Counted from the first letter of the stretch, positions 35,229 to 48,300 are shown. The stretch: DNA of 64,000 nt from Leucoraja erinacea (GCF_028641065.1 NC_073404.1:13454001-13518000), one strand, 5' to 3'. Notes: generated by a model from the letters alone, not told the origin. Program-made: numbers and translations.

Positions 35229-37732
35229 CAGTGCCCTCCATAATGTTTGAGCCAAAGACCCATCATTAATTTATTTGCCTCTGTACTCCACAATGTGAGA
35301 TTTGTAATAGAAAAAAATCACATGTGGTTAAAGTGCACATTGTCAGATTTTATTAAAGGCCATTTTTATACATTTTGGTTTCACCATGTAGAAATTACAC
35401 TGCGTTTATACATAGTCCCCCCATTTCAGGGCACTATAATGTTTGGGACACATTGCTTCACAGGTGTTTGTAATTGCTCAGGTGTGTTTAAATGCCTCCT
35501 TAATGCAGGTATTAGAGAGCTCTCAGCACCTAGTATTTCCACCACCTTTGGAAACTTTTATTGCTGTTTATCAACATGAGGACCAGAGTTGTGCCAAAGA
35601 AAGTCAAATAAGCCATTGTGAGATTGAGAAACAATAATAAAACTGTTAGAGACATCAGCCAAACCTTAGGCTTACCAAAATCAACTGTTTGGAACATCAT
35701 TAAGAAGAAAGAGAGCACTGGTGAGCTTACTAATCGCAAAGAGACTGGCAGGCCAAGGAAGACTTCCACAGCTGATGACAAAAGAATCCTCTCTATAATA
35801 AAGAAAAATCCCCAAACACCTGTCCGACAGATCAGAAACACTCTTCTGGAGTCAGGTGTGGATTTGTCAATGACCACTGTCCGCAGAAGAGTTCATGAAC
35901 AGAAATACAGAGGATACACTGCAAGTTACAAACCACTGTTTAGCCGCAAAAATAGGATGGCAATGTTGAAGAAGTCTGAAGAAGGGGTTCGGCCCGAAAC
36001 GTTGCCCATTTTCTTCACTCCAAAGATGCTGCTGCACCCGCTGAGTTTCTCCAGCTTTTTCGAGTACCTGGCAATGTTACAGTTGGTCAAGAAGCACTTA
36101 AAAGAGCAACCACAGTTCTGGAAAAAAGTCTTGTGGACAGGTGAGACGAAGGTTAACTTATATCAGAGTGATGACAAGAGCAAAGTATAGAGGAGCAAAG
36201 GAACTGCCCAAAATCCAAAGCATACCACCTCATCTGTGAAACCCAGTGGTGGGGGTGTTATGGCCTGGGCATGTATGGCTGCTGAAGGTACTGGCTTGCT
36301 TATCTTCATTGATGATACATCTGCTGATGGTAGTAGCATAATGAATTCTGAAGTGTATATATACATCCTATCTGGTCAAGTTCAAACAAATGCCTCAAAA
36401 CACATTGGCCGGCGGTTCATTCTACAGCAAGACAATGCGACGTTTCTGGTCGAGACCCTTCTTCTGACTGTGTCGTCGGGGGGGGGGGGGGGGGGGGGGG
36501 GGGGGAAGAAGAAAGGAAGAGGGCGGAGACAATGGGCTGTGGGAGAGCTGGGAAGGGAAGGGGTAAGAGGGAGAAAACAATGGCTATCTTCTAAAATTAG
36601 AGAAATCAATGTTCATTCCGCTGGGGTGTAAACTACTGAAGTGAAATATGAGGTGCCGCTCCAATTTGCGCTGGGCCTCACTCTGGCAATGGAGGAGGTC
36701 CAGGAAGATTGTTCCCGATGTTGGGGAAGTCCAGAACAAGGGGTCACAGTTTAAGGATAAAGGGGAAATCTTTTAGGACCGAGATGAGGAAAACTTTTTT
36801 CACAGAGAGTGGTGAATCTCTGGAACTCTCTCCCGCAGAAGATAGTTGAGGCCAGTTCATTGGCTATATTTAAGAGGGAGTTAGATGTGGCCCTTGTGGC
36901 TAAAGGGATCAGGGGGTATGGAGAGGGCAGGTACAGGATAGTGAGTTGGATGATCAGCCATGATCATATTGAATGGCGGTGCAGGCTCGAAGGGCCGAAT
37001 GGCCTACTCCTGCACCTAATTTCTATGTTTCTATGTGTCTGTGTGCCTAGTAGTAGGATCCCGTTGGAGGTGGTGAAAATGTTGGAGGATTATATATTGT
37101 AAGCGACGGCTGATGGGGTGGAAGGTGAGGACAAGAGGTACTCTGTCCTTGTTACGAGTAGGGGCATGGGGATATCTCCCGATCTGACCTGATCTGAACC
37201 CAATTGAGCATGCCTTTTATATGCTGAAGCCCCCAAAACAAGCATAAGTTAAAGGTGGCTGCAATACTGGCAGAGCATCACCAGAGAAGACACCCAACAG
37301 CTGGTGATGTCCATGAATTGCAGACTTCAAGCAGTCATTGCATGCAAAGGATATGCAATAAAATACTAAACATGAATACTTTCATTTACATGACATTGCT
37401 GTGTCCCAAACATGATGGTGCCCTGAAATGGGGGGACTATGTATAAACACTGCTGTCATTTCTACATGGTGATAAGATAATAATAAGATAATGTTTTGTT
37501 TATAGGGACAGTGCATATTAATTAACATTTGCATGTAAATATGCGAGATTGTAGCTAATCAGCAGCTAATTTCCGTCTCTAGTGAAACCAAATGTATCGA
37601 CAATTATTAAAATCTGACAATATGCACTTCAACCACATGTGATTTTTTTTCTATTACAAATCTCAAATTGTGAAGTACAGAGGCAAATAAATAAATGATG
37701 GGGCTTTGTCCCAAACATTATGGAGGGCATTG
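35229..37732 (+). mobile_element. Tc1/mariner DNA transposon (IR/DR type), inactive, with nested insertions
   Basis: TA|CAGTGCCCTCCATAATGTTTG ... CAAACATTATGGAGGGCATTG|TA; long IRs with inner DR; transposase HTH TVRDISQTLGLPKSTVWNII, GRPRK, WTGETK (catalytic D to G), stop at 36188-36190, VMAWACM, QQDN, DLNPIEH. Confidence 0.93.
36438..37170 (-). mobile_element. Penelope-like fragment nested in Tc1, itself interrupted by a + strand CR1 tail (approx. 36705-37035)
   Basis: Terminal repeat directly after the QQDN codons; CR1 VNLWNSLPQKIVEASSL plus (tttctatg)n tail. Confidence 0.82.
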
Positions 37733-39019
37733 TACATACATTTAAGATTTCCAGCATATGAAGATTATTGGCCACTATTCACCCTCCCTTCATCCCTGCT
37801 GGATCTACATCCTGGAACTCCCTCCCCGTGGCACTGTGGGACCTTCCACCACATGGACTGCAGCCGCCCAAGAAGATGACTCGCCCCCAGCTTCCCCCCC
37901 AGAAGTTAGGGAGAGGTGATAAATCCTGGCCTTGCTAGCCAGGCCATGTTCCATGTAATAACACGAGACAACGCATCACTTTCCAGGATTTATCAAAGTT
38001 ACAGCAGGATCTTGATCAGATGGCAAGTGAGCGGAGGGCTGGTTGATGGAGTTTAATGCAGATAAGTGCGAGATGTTGCATTTTGGGATGTCAAACCAGG
38101 GCAGGCAGGTCCTTAACAGCGAATGGCAGGGCTCTGATTAGTGTTATAGAGCAGCGGGATCTAGGAGTGCAGGTGCATTGTTCCTTAAACGTGACATCAC
38201 AGGTAGAATGGGCAGTCAAGAAAGTTTTCAGTACATTGGCCATCATCATCAAGGTATTGAGTGTAGAAGGTAGACACAAAAAAGCTTCCTTCCATTGACT
38301 CCATCTACACTTCACACTGCCGTGGGAAAGCAGCCAACATGATCAAGGAGCTTTCCCACTCCAGTCATTCATCTTGGTCTTGCTTCTGTTGGGCAAAAGA
38401 AACAGAAGTTGAAAGCAGCTTCTTCCCCTTGTTTACCAGGTTTTTAGACAGTCCTTCCATAAGCTGGGCTACAGTCATCTTCTCCTCTACCTCATAGTAG
38501 ACATTTGACTTTGTTCCTGGATCTGTTGCGCTACAATACTGAGAACTATGTTCGGCACAGTATCTTTTCCTTCGCTCCATCAATTGCACATGAGTTTAAC
38601 GATCATATTTATATAGTAGTATTTATTTGGTTTGATAGGAATAGCATGTAAAACAAAACCTTTCACAAGCACACACACACGTGACAATAGTAAACCTAAC
38701 TTCAGGTCGAAGGCACTTCATCGAAGGAAGTGCAATGTTTTTCCTCCTGGAATAGATAGAAAACATCCTCCCGCAGAGAATCCCAGAGGATTGGAAGCAA
38801 CATTCTGACAGGTCCTTGAGGAGATTAACACAAAATGCTAGAGTAACTCAGCGGGACAGGCAGCATCTCTGGTGAGATGGAATGGGTGATGGTTGGGATC
38901 GAGACACTTCCTCAGACTGAGACTCAGGGAGCCAGAAATGTCTCGACCAGAAACGTCACCTATTCCTCTTCTCTAGAGATGTTGTCTGACAAGCCGAGTT
39001 ACTCCAGCACTTTGTGTCT

Positions 39020-39370
39020 GTCGTCAGGAAGCGTCTGCCGCTGCTAGGGGACGGAGCGCGTCGTCCCGGGCGGCCACCGTCGGCCCCCGGTGCATGGCGG
39101 GAGTTGTAGTCCGCGAACGAGACAAGATGGCGGACTGCCTGGAGCGGGTGCGGGTGTCAGAGGCTGAGCTGAGAGAACTGGCCCGCAATCTCGGCACGGC
39201 AGCGGGGACCCGCGAGGGTAAGACACCCTCGTGTGAAACGCACCCACCGGCCGAGGAGCCGGAAAAATCCCGCCCGGCCCGGGCTGAAGCCGATGCCCGC
39301 AGGCCGAGAGCCTGGGCCCCGGGAACGGCTCCAACCGGCAGCCGGCCGTCTCGGGCCGCGCGTCACCGGC
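39020..39370 (+). promoter_or_regulatory. SMG6 CpG-island promoter with ZNF143-type ACTACA motif (39092-39112, minus strand) and YY1 motif CAAGATGGCGG over the ATG
   Basis: gcatggcgggagttgtagtcc is the reverse complement of GGACTACAACTCCCGCCATGC; CAAGATGGCGG at 39123-39133; CpG-dense. Confidence 0.75.
39127..39217 (+). CDS. SMG6: SMG6 exon 1
   Basis: aagATGG; MADCLERVRVSEAELRELARNLGTAAGTRE; donor G|gtaaga. Confidence 0.9.
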
Positions 39371-42300
39371 CTCCCCCCTCCCCAACTGCCCCCTTCCCTT
39401 CCCTCTCCCTCCCCCCAACTGCTCCCCCTCCCCAAAACTTCCCCCTTCCCTGCCCTCTCCCCCTCCCCCCAACAGCTCCCCCCAACTGCCCGCCCTTCCC
39501 CCCAACTGCTCCCCCTCCCCCCCAACTGCTCCCATCCCTCCCCCCCAACTGCCCCCCCCCCAACTGCCCCCTCCCCCCCCCCCCCAACTGCCCCCTCCCC
39601 TCTCACTGACCCCCCCCCAAACTGCCCCATCCCCTTCCCCTCACTCTCCCTCCCCTCCCCCCCCCCACTTTCTCACTCCTCCCCCCAACCTCCTCACGAT
39701 CCCTCCTCTCCTCACGATCCCCCTCCCCCCCACCCACTCCCTCCTCCCCCCCACTCGCCCATCCAACTTCCCTCCTCCNNNNNNNNNNNNNNNNNNNNNN
39801 NNNNNNNNNNNNNNNNNNNNNNNNNNNNNNNNNNNNNNNNNNNNNNNNNNNNNNNNNNNNNNNNNNNNNNNNNNNNNNNNNNNNNNNNNNNNNNNNNNNN
39901 NNNNNNNNNNNNNCTCCCCGCTCCCATCCTCCCTCTCTCCCCCTACCTTTTTCCCTGCTCTCCCGGTATAGCAAAATGTAACATACTGGTTCTTTTCCAG
40001 ACGTTTCCACTAAAGAGCCACGATTGAGGAAGGACAACCGCCGGCCCGATATTCAAATTTACCAGCCTGGTGTTTCCAAGCTGAGAACCAACAAGCAGAG
40101 AGCCACACAGCTTGAAAAGGAGGAAGGAGATATTGGGGGTCATAAGGAAGGCCCTTTAAAGTCTGTGCCTAAGAGGTCCAGTCCTTTAGCTGGTGAAAGC
40201 CAAGGTAATGGTGGAAATAAACAGGGATGCATGAACAAGAATGGTCAGCTGGATCGAAACGAAGAGGATGATTTTAAGTATACCGATGAGTCAACTGTTG
40301 CAAGTTCTAACTCCAGTGATGTTGGAAAGCAGTTAAAAAGGATCAAGAAACCTGATCGCCAGATCTACCAACCAAACAGACGGGTGCAAGGGTTCAGTAG
40401 GGAATCACCCAGTGCCATGGGCAATGAAGAACTGGTGAAGAAGGTTGAGGAGCTGAGGCTGGCAGATTACAGTAAGGATGCCTGTCCCGAGGAGCAGATT
40501 ATTGAGATTGTTGAAGAAAAAGATAACCTGGAAGACCAAGAGAAAATTCAGCTAATTTCACCGGCGAAACCTGGAAAAAGGGAGAAAGGGAGGAGGGGGG
40601 GGAGGGAGGACGGTGCAGGTCGGGCAAATAACTATGCAGAAGAACCTGAAGACGGTCAAGTCAATCGCTTGCAGGCACGAGCAGAGAGAGCCGGCGGGCT
40701 GTCGAAGCGCTACTCCAGGTCTGACAAGCGCAGGGGCCGTAACCGGACGTGCAGCGTGAGCTCTGCAGGAAGCAACAACAGCCTCGAAGGACCTCCGTGC
40801 CAGCACCGGCCTGCTGACGTGGAAAGGAAGAGAGGAGCGGGGAAGGAAAAGAAAACTACAGGTGAGCGGAAAGAAAGGTTGAGATCTTCCAAACAGGTTT
40901 CAATCTCTTCCACAGATTCTTTGGAGGATGACTGTGCTGAGGAGACCAGAAACCATGCACCTGAAAAGCGTAAAGGTTACGAGAAAGAGCGAGCATTTGT
41001 CAGAAGTGCGGACTGCAGGAACAGGGAGAACAAGTCCTCGCAAAGGGTTATGTTTGACAATGAGACGGGCAGCAGAATGACCATTGCATCCAGGCCAAAC
41101 TCTGAGGAAAAGAACAAAGGGAGAGGCAAAGGCGGCCGGGTGGTGAACAAACCTGGCCTGTCGGGCAAACTCGGTCTGAACACGGAGAGAAGGGATAAAG
41201 TGGAAGAACCCAAAGGGAAGGGCCGGGGTATTTTGATCCTGCCCGCCAACACCGATCTGTCATCCACAGTCCCTGGCTCTCCTGATTCCCCACAGGTGGG
41301 GCTAAGACTTCTGTTTGGTCGAGGTTCCCGAAGCCGGGGCCGTGGTGGGACATCCCGGAGGCTCTGGGATCCCAACAATCCCGACCAAAAACCTGCACTG
41401 AAGAGCCAGACTGCCCAATTGCATTTCTTGGACACTGATGATGAGTGTAGTTCATCCTCCCAGGGAGAGACCTACTCTTCCTACACACACCCAACGCCCA
41501 CGGCGTACTACAAGTTCCAAAACTCGGACAATCCCTACGGTTACTCCAGGGCTGCCGTGACTGGCCCCCAGTATTCATATGGGGCCTACACTATGCCCTA
41601 CCAGATAGGTGGTAACACCACCATGTATTCTACACAGTATTACCCGAGCTACCCTCCTGCCCAGTTTATTGCTCCCTACCAGACTGGGCAGTTGCATCCT
41701 GAAGACATGGAGCAGCACGTGCAGACTCTCCAGCATCAGGAACTGGGGAAGCTCCTGCGGATGGCAGACAACCAGGAGCTGCAGCTCAGCAACCTGCTCT
41801 CCAGAGACAATGTCAGTAAGGACGGGCTGGAGAGGATGGCCCTACTCAGGTGAGCCCTTTTGCCTCTGGCCATGACTATTTACTTCCAGTTTAGTTTAGA
41901 GATACAGCGCGGAAACAGGTCCTTTGGCCCACCGAGCCTGCTCTGACCAGTGATCACCATACTCTAACACTATCCTACACACAAAAGGGACAATTTACAA
42001 TTTTTACCGAAGCCAAGTTAATCTACAAACCTGTACATTTTTGGAGTGAGGGAGGAAACAGTATCAGCCCGGGGAAAACCAACACAGTCACTGAGAGTGT
42101 GAAGGAAGGAACCGCAGATGCATTCACGGGTAGAACGTACAAACTCCATACAGACAGCACCTGTAGTCAGGATCGATCCCGGGTCACTAGCGCTGTAAGG
42201 CAGCAACTCTACCGCTGCGCCACTGTTGCCCGTAAGATTTGACCGAGTGTCAAGCCACTGTTAGTCTCTCCATTCCCTTGTCTCGATTAAACTCCCTCGG

Positions 42301-45300
42301 GAACCACGGGGAATTGCTAGGGAGGCCTGTGGAATGGGAAAATGGCAGGTGGAATATGGGGATGGCAGGCAAGGCACTGAGGTATTGGTAACAGATTCCT
42401 GAAGGTTAAGATGGCAGGTGAGATAGGTAGAAACGTAAAAGTAAATAAACTGCAGATGCCAGAAATCTGTCATAAATCAGGGAATTCTGGAGATGTTCAG
42501 GTTGATCTTCATCTATGGAGAGAGAAACAGTTCCTGGCTGTGGAATCTTCTTCAGAATTCATCTGGAAAAATGCCCACAGTTTTGGACCCCATATCTAAA
42601 AAAAGATATAGTAGCATTGGAGGCGATTCACCAAGTCCTGATACAGGTCTCGACCTGAAATGTGAATAGTTTGTTAGCCTCTCAGATGTTGCACGACTCA
42701 CCAAGTTCCTCCAGCAGTTGTTTTTTCCTCCAGGTTCCACCTGTGGCAGTATCTTGTGTATCGATTTGTACGTAAAACACCTTATCGTAAACCTTGGTTT
42801 ATGTAAAAGAAGGCAATTGTGTCTTGTCTGTACTACGCAAAGTTCAAGTGAATTATTCTGAGAATTACTAGTGATTCTCAGTTGTGAACCCATCATTGCT
42901 TCTGTTCAGGTACTTACCTAAAAAACAAAACGTGACAGCTGCTCGTCCCCTAATCATCAATTTTCTTGCAAAAATTACACCGGGCTAATCCAACTGTTTT
43001 TTAAAGATGCTATCTGCTCCTGCTGAGAATCTGCCATGTTCTCTTGCGATGGGGTGCTGTGCCAGGGTCTGAGTCATGTACTGTGCTGTGCTGAGGTCAA
43101 AATCTGCAGCGAATCACATAAAATGGCACAATCAGTTACCGTTAGTCATCAGATCAGCCCTTGGGTTGACGGTGTGATCATTTATATAATATTGGGTGCG
43201 AAGGCCTGAAAATCGGAGGCACGAGAAACCAGCAGATGCCGGTTTAAACAAAAGGACAAAGTGCTGGAGTAACTCAGCGGGCCAGGCAGCACTGAAAATC
43301 AACTGTGGTGGGGGTGCTTGTCCGTGTTAGGTAGAAGTCATTAACAGCAGTAGAGGAGTCAATTACTGTTCTGTGCAGGTTCTACTGAGCTCCCATCCTG
43401 GGCTGATGCTCGCAGAGAACAGAGACGGTGCTGCACTGAGGCTGGCTTAGAGTGAGACATTGAAACAAGATCTTGCATGTCAGCCTAAGTTAATTGGGCA
43501 ATCACATGGCAATGTATAAAGAGCAGGGGTGAGGGTTCCCCTTGTGGTCCTGGGGTGGTCTGGTGTACCTTTTCCAATGGCCATGTCGTGTGCTGAAGTA
43601 CTTTCTGTATGGACCTCCCTGATGGTGCTATGTATGCTGTTTCCACCTTGAGCAGTGCCCTACTGTCGGTAGGTGGACATGTGTTGCATTTACTTTTATC
43701 TTACAGCAGTGGCTCAGTTACAGTTCTTTAAGTTCCAAAATATCCTGAAATTCTTTGCAGGAGTTATGTGGGATAAAATCTATCATAGAGCCATGTGAAA
43801 TATTTGGCTGATCACCGTAAGGTTTGACTAAGAGTTAGGGGAAAAAAGAATCTTAATCGAGGCAGAAACAAGGAACTACAGATCCTGGTTATCAAGGATC
43901 GGCACACAATGCTGGAGTAACTCAGCAGGTCACACAGCATCCCTGGAGAACATGGACAGGTGATGTCTTGAGTTGGTACCCTTCTTTAAACTGCGTCTGA
44001 AGAAGAGTGCCAATCTGAGTTGTCGCCTGCCCATGTTCTCAAAGGATGCTGCCTGACACACTGAGTTGCCCCAGCACTTTGTGTCTTTCCTTAAAACAGA
44101 AGTAGGTTAATTATGATAAGATAATTCCATGATTTTGAAACAGGTAAGTGCCATATTATAGCTGTGTCCTGCGATTGGACAGTGTGAGATGTGGTGGAGC
44201 TGGGTCCTGGGAGGGTGTGGAGGTTGCAGTGGAGTTGTGTACTGACTCAGTGTCTGGGGGGGATGAGTGCATGCAGTGTCAAAGTCTCTCCCCCGGACAG
44301 TGCATGTGTGTTTTGAGGGAGAGCTGATTAGGTGACCATGGTGATCGCATGCTGGTAGGAGGAGTGGGATGGTGATTGAGTAATATATTGAAGCTCCTTA
44401 TGCGGATGGGTGGGTGCCTTTTTGCAACTTGCATACTGAGGTGGAAGTGTTACTTGGGACCATTGGTAGTGGCTGGGAAGGGTGTTGTGTCGGAATTCTA
44501 CATTGTAGAGGCTCTAGACCTTGTGTAGGCAGTCAAGCCCCCGGATGCTTTAATATGTTCATAAGTTATAGGAGCGGAATTAGGCCATTTGGCCCATCAA
44601 GCCTACTCCGCCATTCAATAATGGCTGATCTATCTCTCCTTCTCGACCCCTTCCTTATTAGAGTCTCTAATACATACAACTGCATGTTGGAAATCTGAAA
44701 CAAAAATAGTAAGCTGAAATATTAACCCAGTTTTTCTGTTTTGACAGGTGCTGATTGACGTGAGGTGCTTTATGTTTTTTATTAAAGTCTCTTTCTCTCT
44801 TATAGGGCGGAGATTTTGCTCTTGTATGAGCGTTGCATTCTCACAGATATAGAGTATTCAGACAATCAGAATGTGGAACAGACAATGTGGAAAAATGCCT
44901 TCTATCAAGTCATTGAGAAGTTCCGGCAGATGCTGAAGGAGCCTTCGTCAGAGAATGGGGAGGAAATCCGGGGGAAGCTTTTAAAATTATTGGATGAGGT
45001 GAGCAATTTTTTCCGTTGATGAACTTCAAAGTAAATTTTCAAGTTTTTATTTATTGCAAGTACTTCCCTGTTATAAGTGCTTTCATTTGTCCTACCCGTG
45101 TCTCTGCTCACTTTATTTCCTTCACCCCTATGTCCTGTCCTGTCCTTGATTTTTCCTTGCCTTCTTCCCTGTCAATGTTCAACAGAAGGATGTTCGACCA
45201 GGAGAGGCAAGTGCTGTGACTGATTTCGACCTTCCCTAGCTCAGGCACGCATCCTCACCTCTTCACCATTACCTCGATTTTTTAGAGGAAGGGAGAAGAT

Positions 45301-48300
45301 CTGTGCTTCTCCTGGTGTTGGCACAACCTGTGCAGCGTGGATGTGAGACCAGCCTTGTTTCTGCCTGGGCTAATCCAGAGCTTGTTTCTGTTTCAGGGAA
45401 CCAAGTTCTTTGACAGCCTTCTGCACAAGCTGCAGGTCACGTACCAGTTCAAACTGGAAGATTACATGGATGGGATGGCCATACGTAACAAGCCACTCCG
45501 CAAAGTGGTGAGTATGCTAGCCCTCTGCCAAAAATGGGCCGCAGCCAGTCCAGCTGGAAACCATTATCCTTAAGTGCAGAAACTTGGAGCAGTAATTAAA
45601 TAAACAAGTCCTGGGAGTACTGGAAATAATGAATTCAGTAATAATAACTTGGCCTGCCACTTATACGCAGTAAGTATAATTGTTTCTGAGCTGGACAGGA
45701 CCCATCAGACTCTTTCTGCCCTGGCACAATACAGGGCATTCCCCATCGATCCCTGCTCTCTCAGCTCCGATGTACTCTGTTCGGCCAGGCTTTCCCCCTG
45801 GAATCAGTTCAGTTCCAATGCGTGGTAGCCCTAGAGGTCCACTTAAAGTGTTCAGCGTTTCAGCAAATTTGATACCAAAGTAATAACTGGTTCTGTTTCA
45901 TCTCTAGGTGAAGTATGCATTGATTAGTGCTCAGCGATGCCTGATCTGTCAGGGAGACATTGCCCGCTACAGAGAGCAAGCCAACGACACCACAAACTAC
46001 GGCAAGGCTCGCAGGTGCAGTATCACTGTCCAGTTGCAGATGTGGAATTAAACCTCACCAGTCTATCTTCACTATAGACAATATTTCCTCTTTGGATACT
46101 GCTCTTATCTGTATTGATCTGTTATAACCCTTGCTTCATGTAGCTTTAAACCATCACCCATGCCGAACTCTTCTTGAGAAGGTGGGGATGAGCCAGCATC
46201 TTGAACTGTTGCAGTCTTCCTGGTGAAGGTGTTCCCACCCTCCTGTTGAGCAGGAGTTCCAGGATTTGCACAGTGATATTAAAGGACGCGGGATGCTGGA
46301 TGCCCCTGTTTCTCCATACCACTCTGCTCCCCTCATTTTTTTGTATGTTCCCTTGCTGGGTGCTTCTTCCTAACGGCATTAAATTCTAGATTAAATACTA
46401 TTTGCCACCTTTCTGCCCAACTGCCCAGGCAGTTTGCATCTTCTTGCAGTCTAAAAATGTCCCACATTTGCAAGCACATAGGCAATAGTTTCAAACTCCT
46501 GCAAAACCCGATTTCTGCAAATCCCTTTACTACACTTCCTACATTTAAATTTAAACCATTAATGTATGTTACGAAAAACAAGGAACTCATTGGGCACAAC
46601 CTTACAGTCATAAACACATCCATTATCCTTTGGTTCCTGGCCTTGAATAAGATAAAGGAGAATCCCAAAACATAAGTATATCGGAAGCAAGAGGGTAGCC
46701 AGGGAAAGAGTAGGTCCCCTTGGGGACCAAAGAGTCACCTGTATGTGGAACTAGGGGATGTGGGTGAGGTCCTATATGAATACATCTTATCTATATTAAC
46801 CAAGCAAGACGTAGAAGATAGTGAGTTCAGGGGGGGATATGTCAGGGCGGCACAGTGGCGTAGCGGTAGAGTTGTGGCCTGACAGCGCCAGAGACCCAGA
46901 TTTGATCCTGACTGCTGGTGCTGTCTGTATGGAGTTTGTACATTCTCCCTGTGACCGTGTGGGTTTTCTCCAGGTGCTCCCGTTTCCTCCCACGTTGCAA
47001 AGACTTACAGGTTTGTAGGTTAATTGGCTTCTGTAAAGTGTAAATTATCCCTAGTGTGTAGGATAGGGCTAGTGCACAGCATGATTGCTGGTTGGCATGG
47101 ACTCTTTGGGCCGATGGGCCTGTTTCTATGCTGCATCTCTAAATGAAAGTCTAAAGTCAAAAGTAAAAGTCAATATGAAGAACATGATGCAGTAAGATGT
47201 CATGGTTCGTATAAGGATTAATAATCTCCGGGCTGGAAGAGAAGTATCCCAGGTTGCTAGGGGAAGCAAGTGAGGAGATAGCTGTGCCCCCAACAGATAT
47301 TTTTACATCTGTCTCACAGGTAATTTATCAGAAGGGAAGAGCTGATGCCGAAGGGCCTATGCTTGTGTGCTGTGCTGTACAACTCATTCTGTGATGACTC
47401 ATCCAAACAATTCTACTGGGGAATTTATTTTAGACTTCCTCCAATACTAATATATCCTCTTGGATAGAGGGACCAAAAATTGCACTCTACTCCAGGCATG
47501 GGCTCACCAATATAATTGTAACAATTATTCCAACATGTGCAGTTCCCTTCCTAGCCACTGCTGCACGTGCCAGCTTGTGGTTTGTGGAAAATAACATCAA
47601 GATCCCTCTGCACTTTGTTCATCTGCAATCTTACTATATTCGGACAAAAGTCTGCCTTTGGATTCTTTTTAAAGAAGTGCAGCATCTCACACTTTGCCAC
47701 CTTAAACTCTGTTTGCCAAGTTTTCAACCACTCACCCATCCTTGCTGCAGAATCCAGACATTCTCGTCTCAACATGCTCTCCCACTTATTTTCATGTCTT
47801 CGGTAAATTTGGATAACCTGGACTCGTCCTCCTTTGGGTCATTATTATCATTTGTTCATAATTGAAGGACTGATTTATGGGCTTCCTTCCACTAGTTCCA
47901 TGCTTCCAATCTGAGAAAGACCAGTTTGCTCTGACTAAATCTGTGAGATAACCCTTCAATCCATGCTAACGTGCTTCCCCCAACACCATGAGCTCCCTTG
48001 CACTAGGGGGCGGTAATCCTTGAGGTGGATGGGGATTGGAATATCGTTGCCCTGTAATGACCAAGGTGCAGTAGGGACGTTGCAAGCTCTGTGGGGACAA
48101 AACATCACAGCTTTCATTTTATAGAAGGTGAAGCTTGTCCAAAACAGGACATGGAGCAAGCAGCTTGACACACTGGCAGTCGAGTGTCTGAGAAGCTGAC
48201 TGATGTCCACTGGGCATCATTTGATTCTTGCCTTGGGCAATGTCACTGGGGTAAGCCTTGGCAAAGAAGGAACCTGTGACATTTGCCCAGTCTGATGCAG

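Noticed and set aside
39094-39126. Upstream in-frame ATG extending SMG6 by 11 aa
   Set aside because: It lies inside the ZNF143 motif with a weak -3 context; the homologous N-terminus begins at 39127.
39044-40037. Pro/Gly-rich ORFs of 144-264 aa
   Set aside because: Low-complexity C-rich intron and read-through of the N gap.
46845-46920. tRNA-like A/B boxes
   Set aside because: SINE head followed by SINE body and tail, not a tRNA gene.
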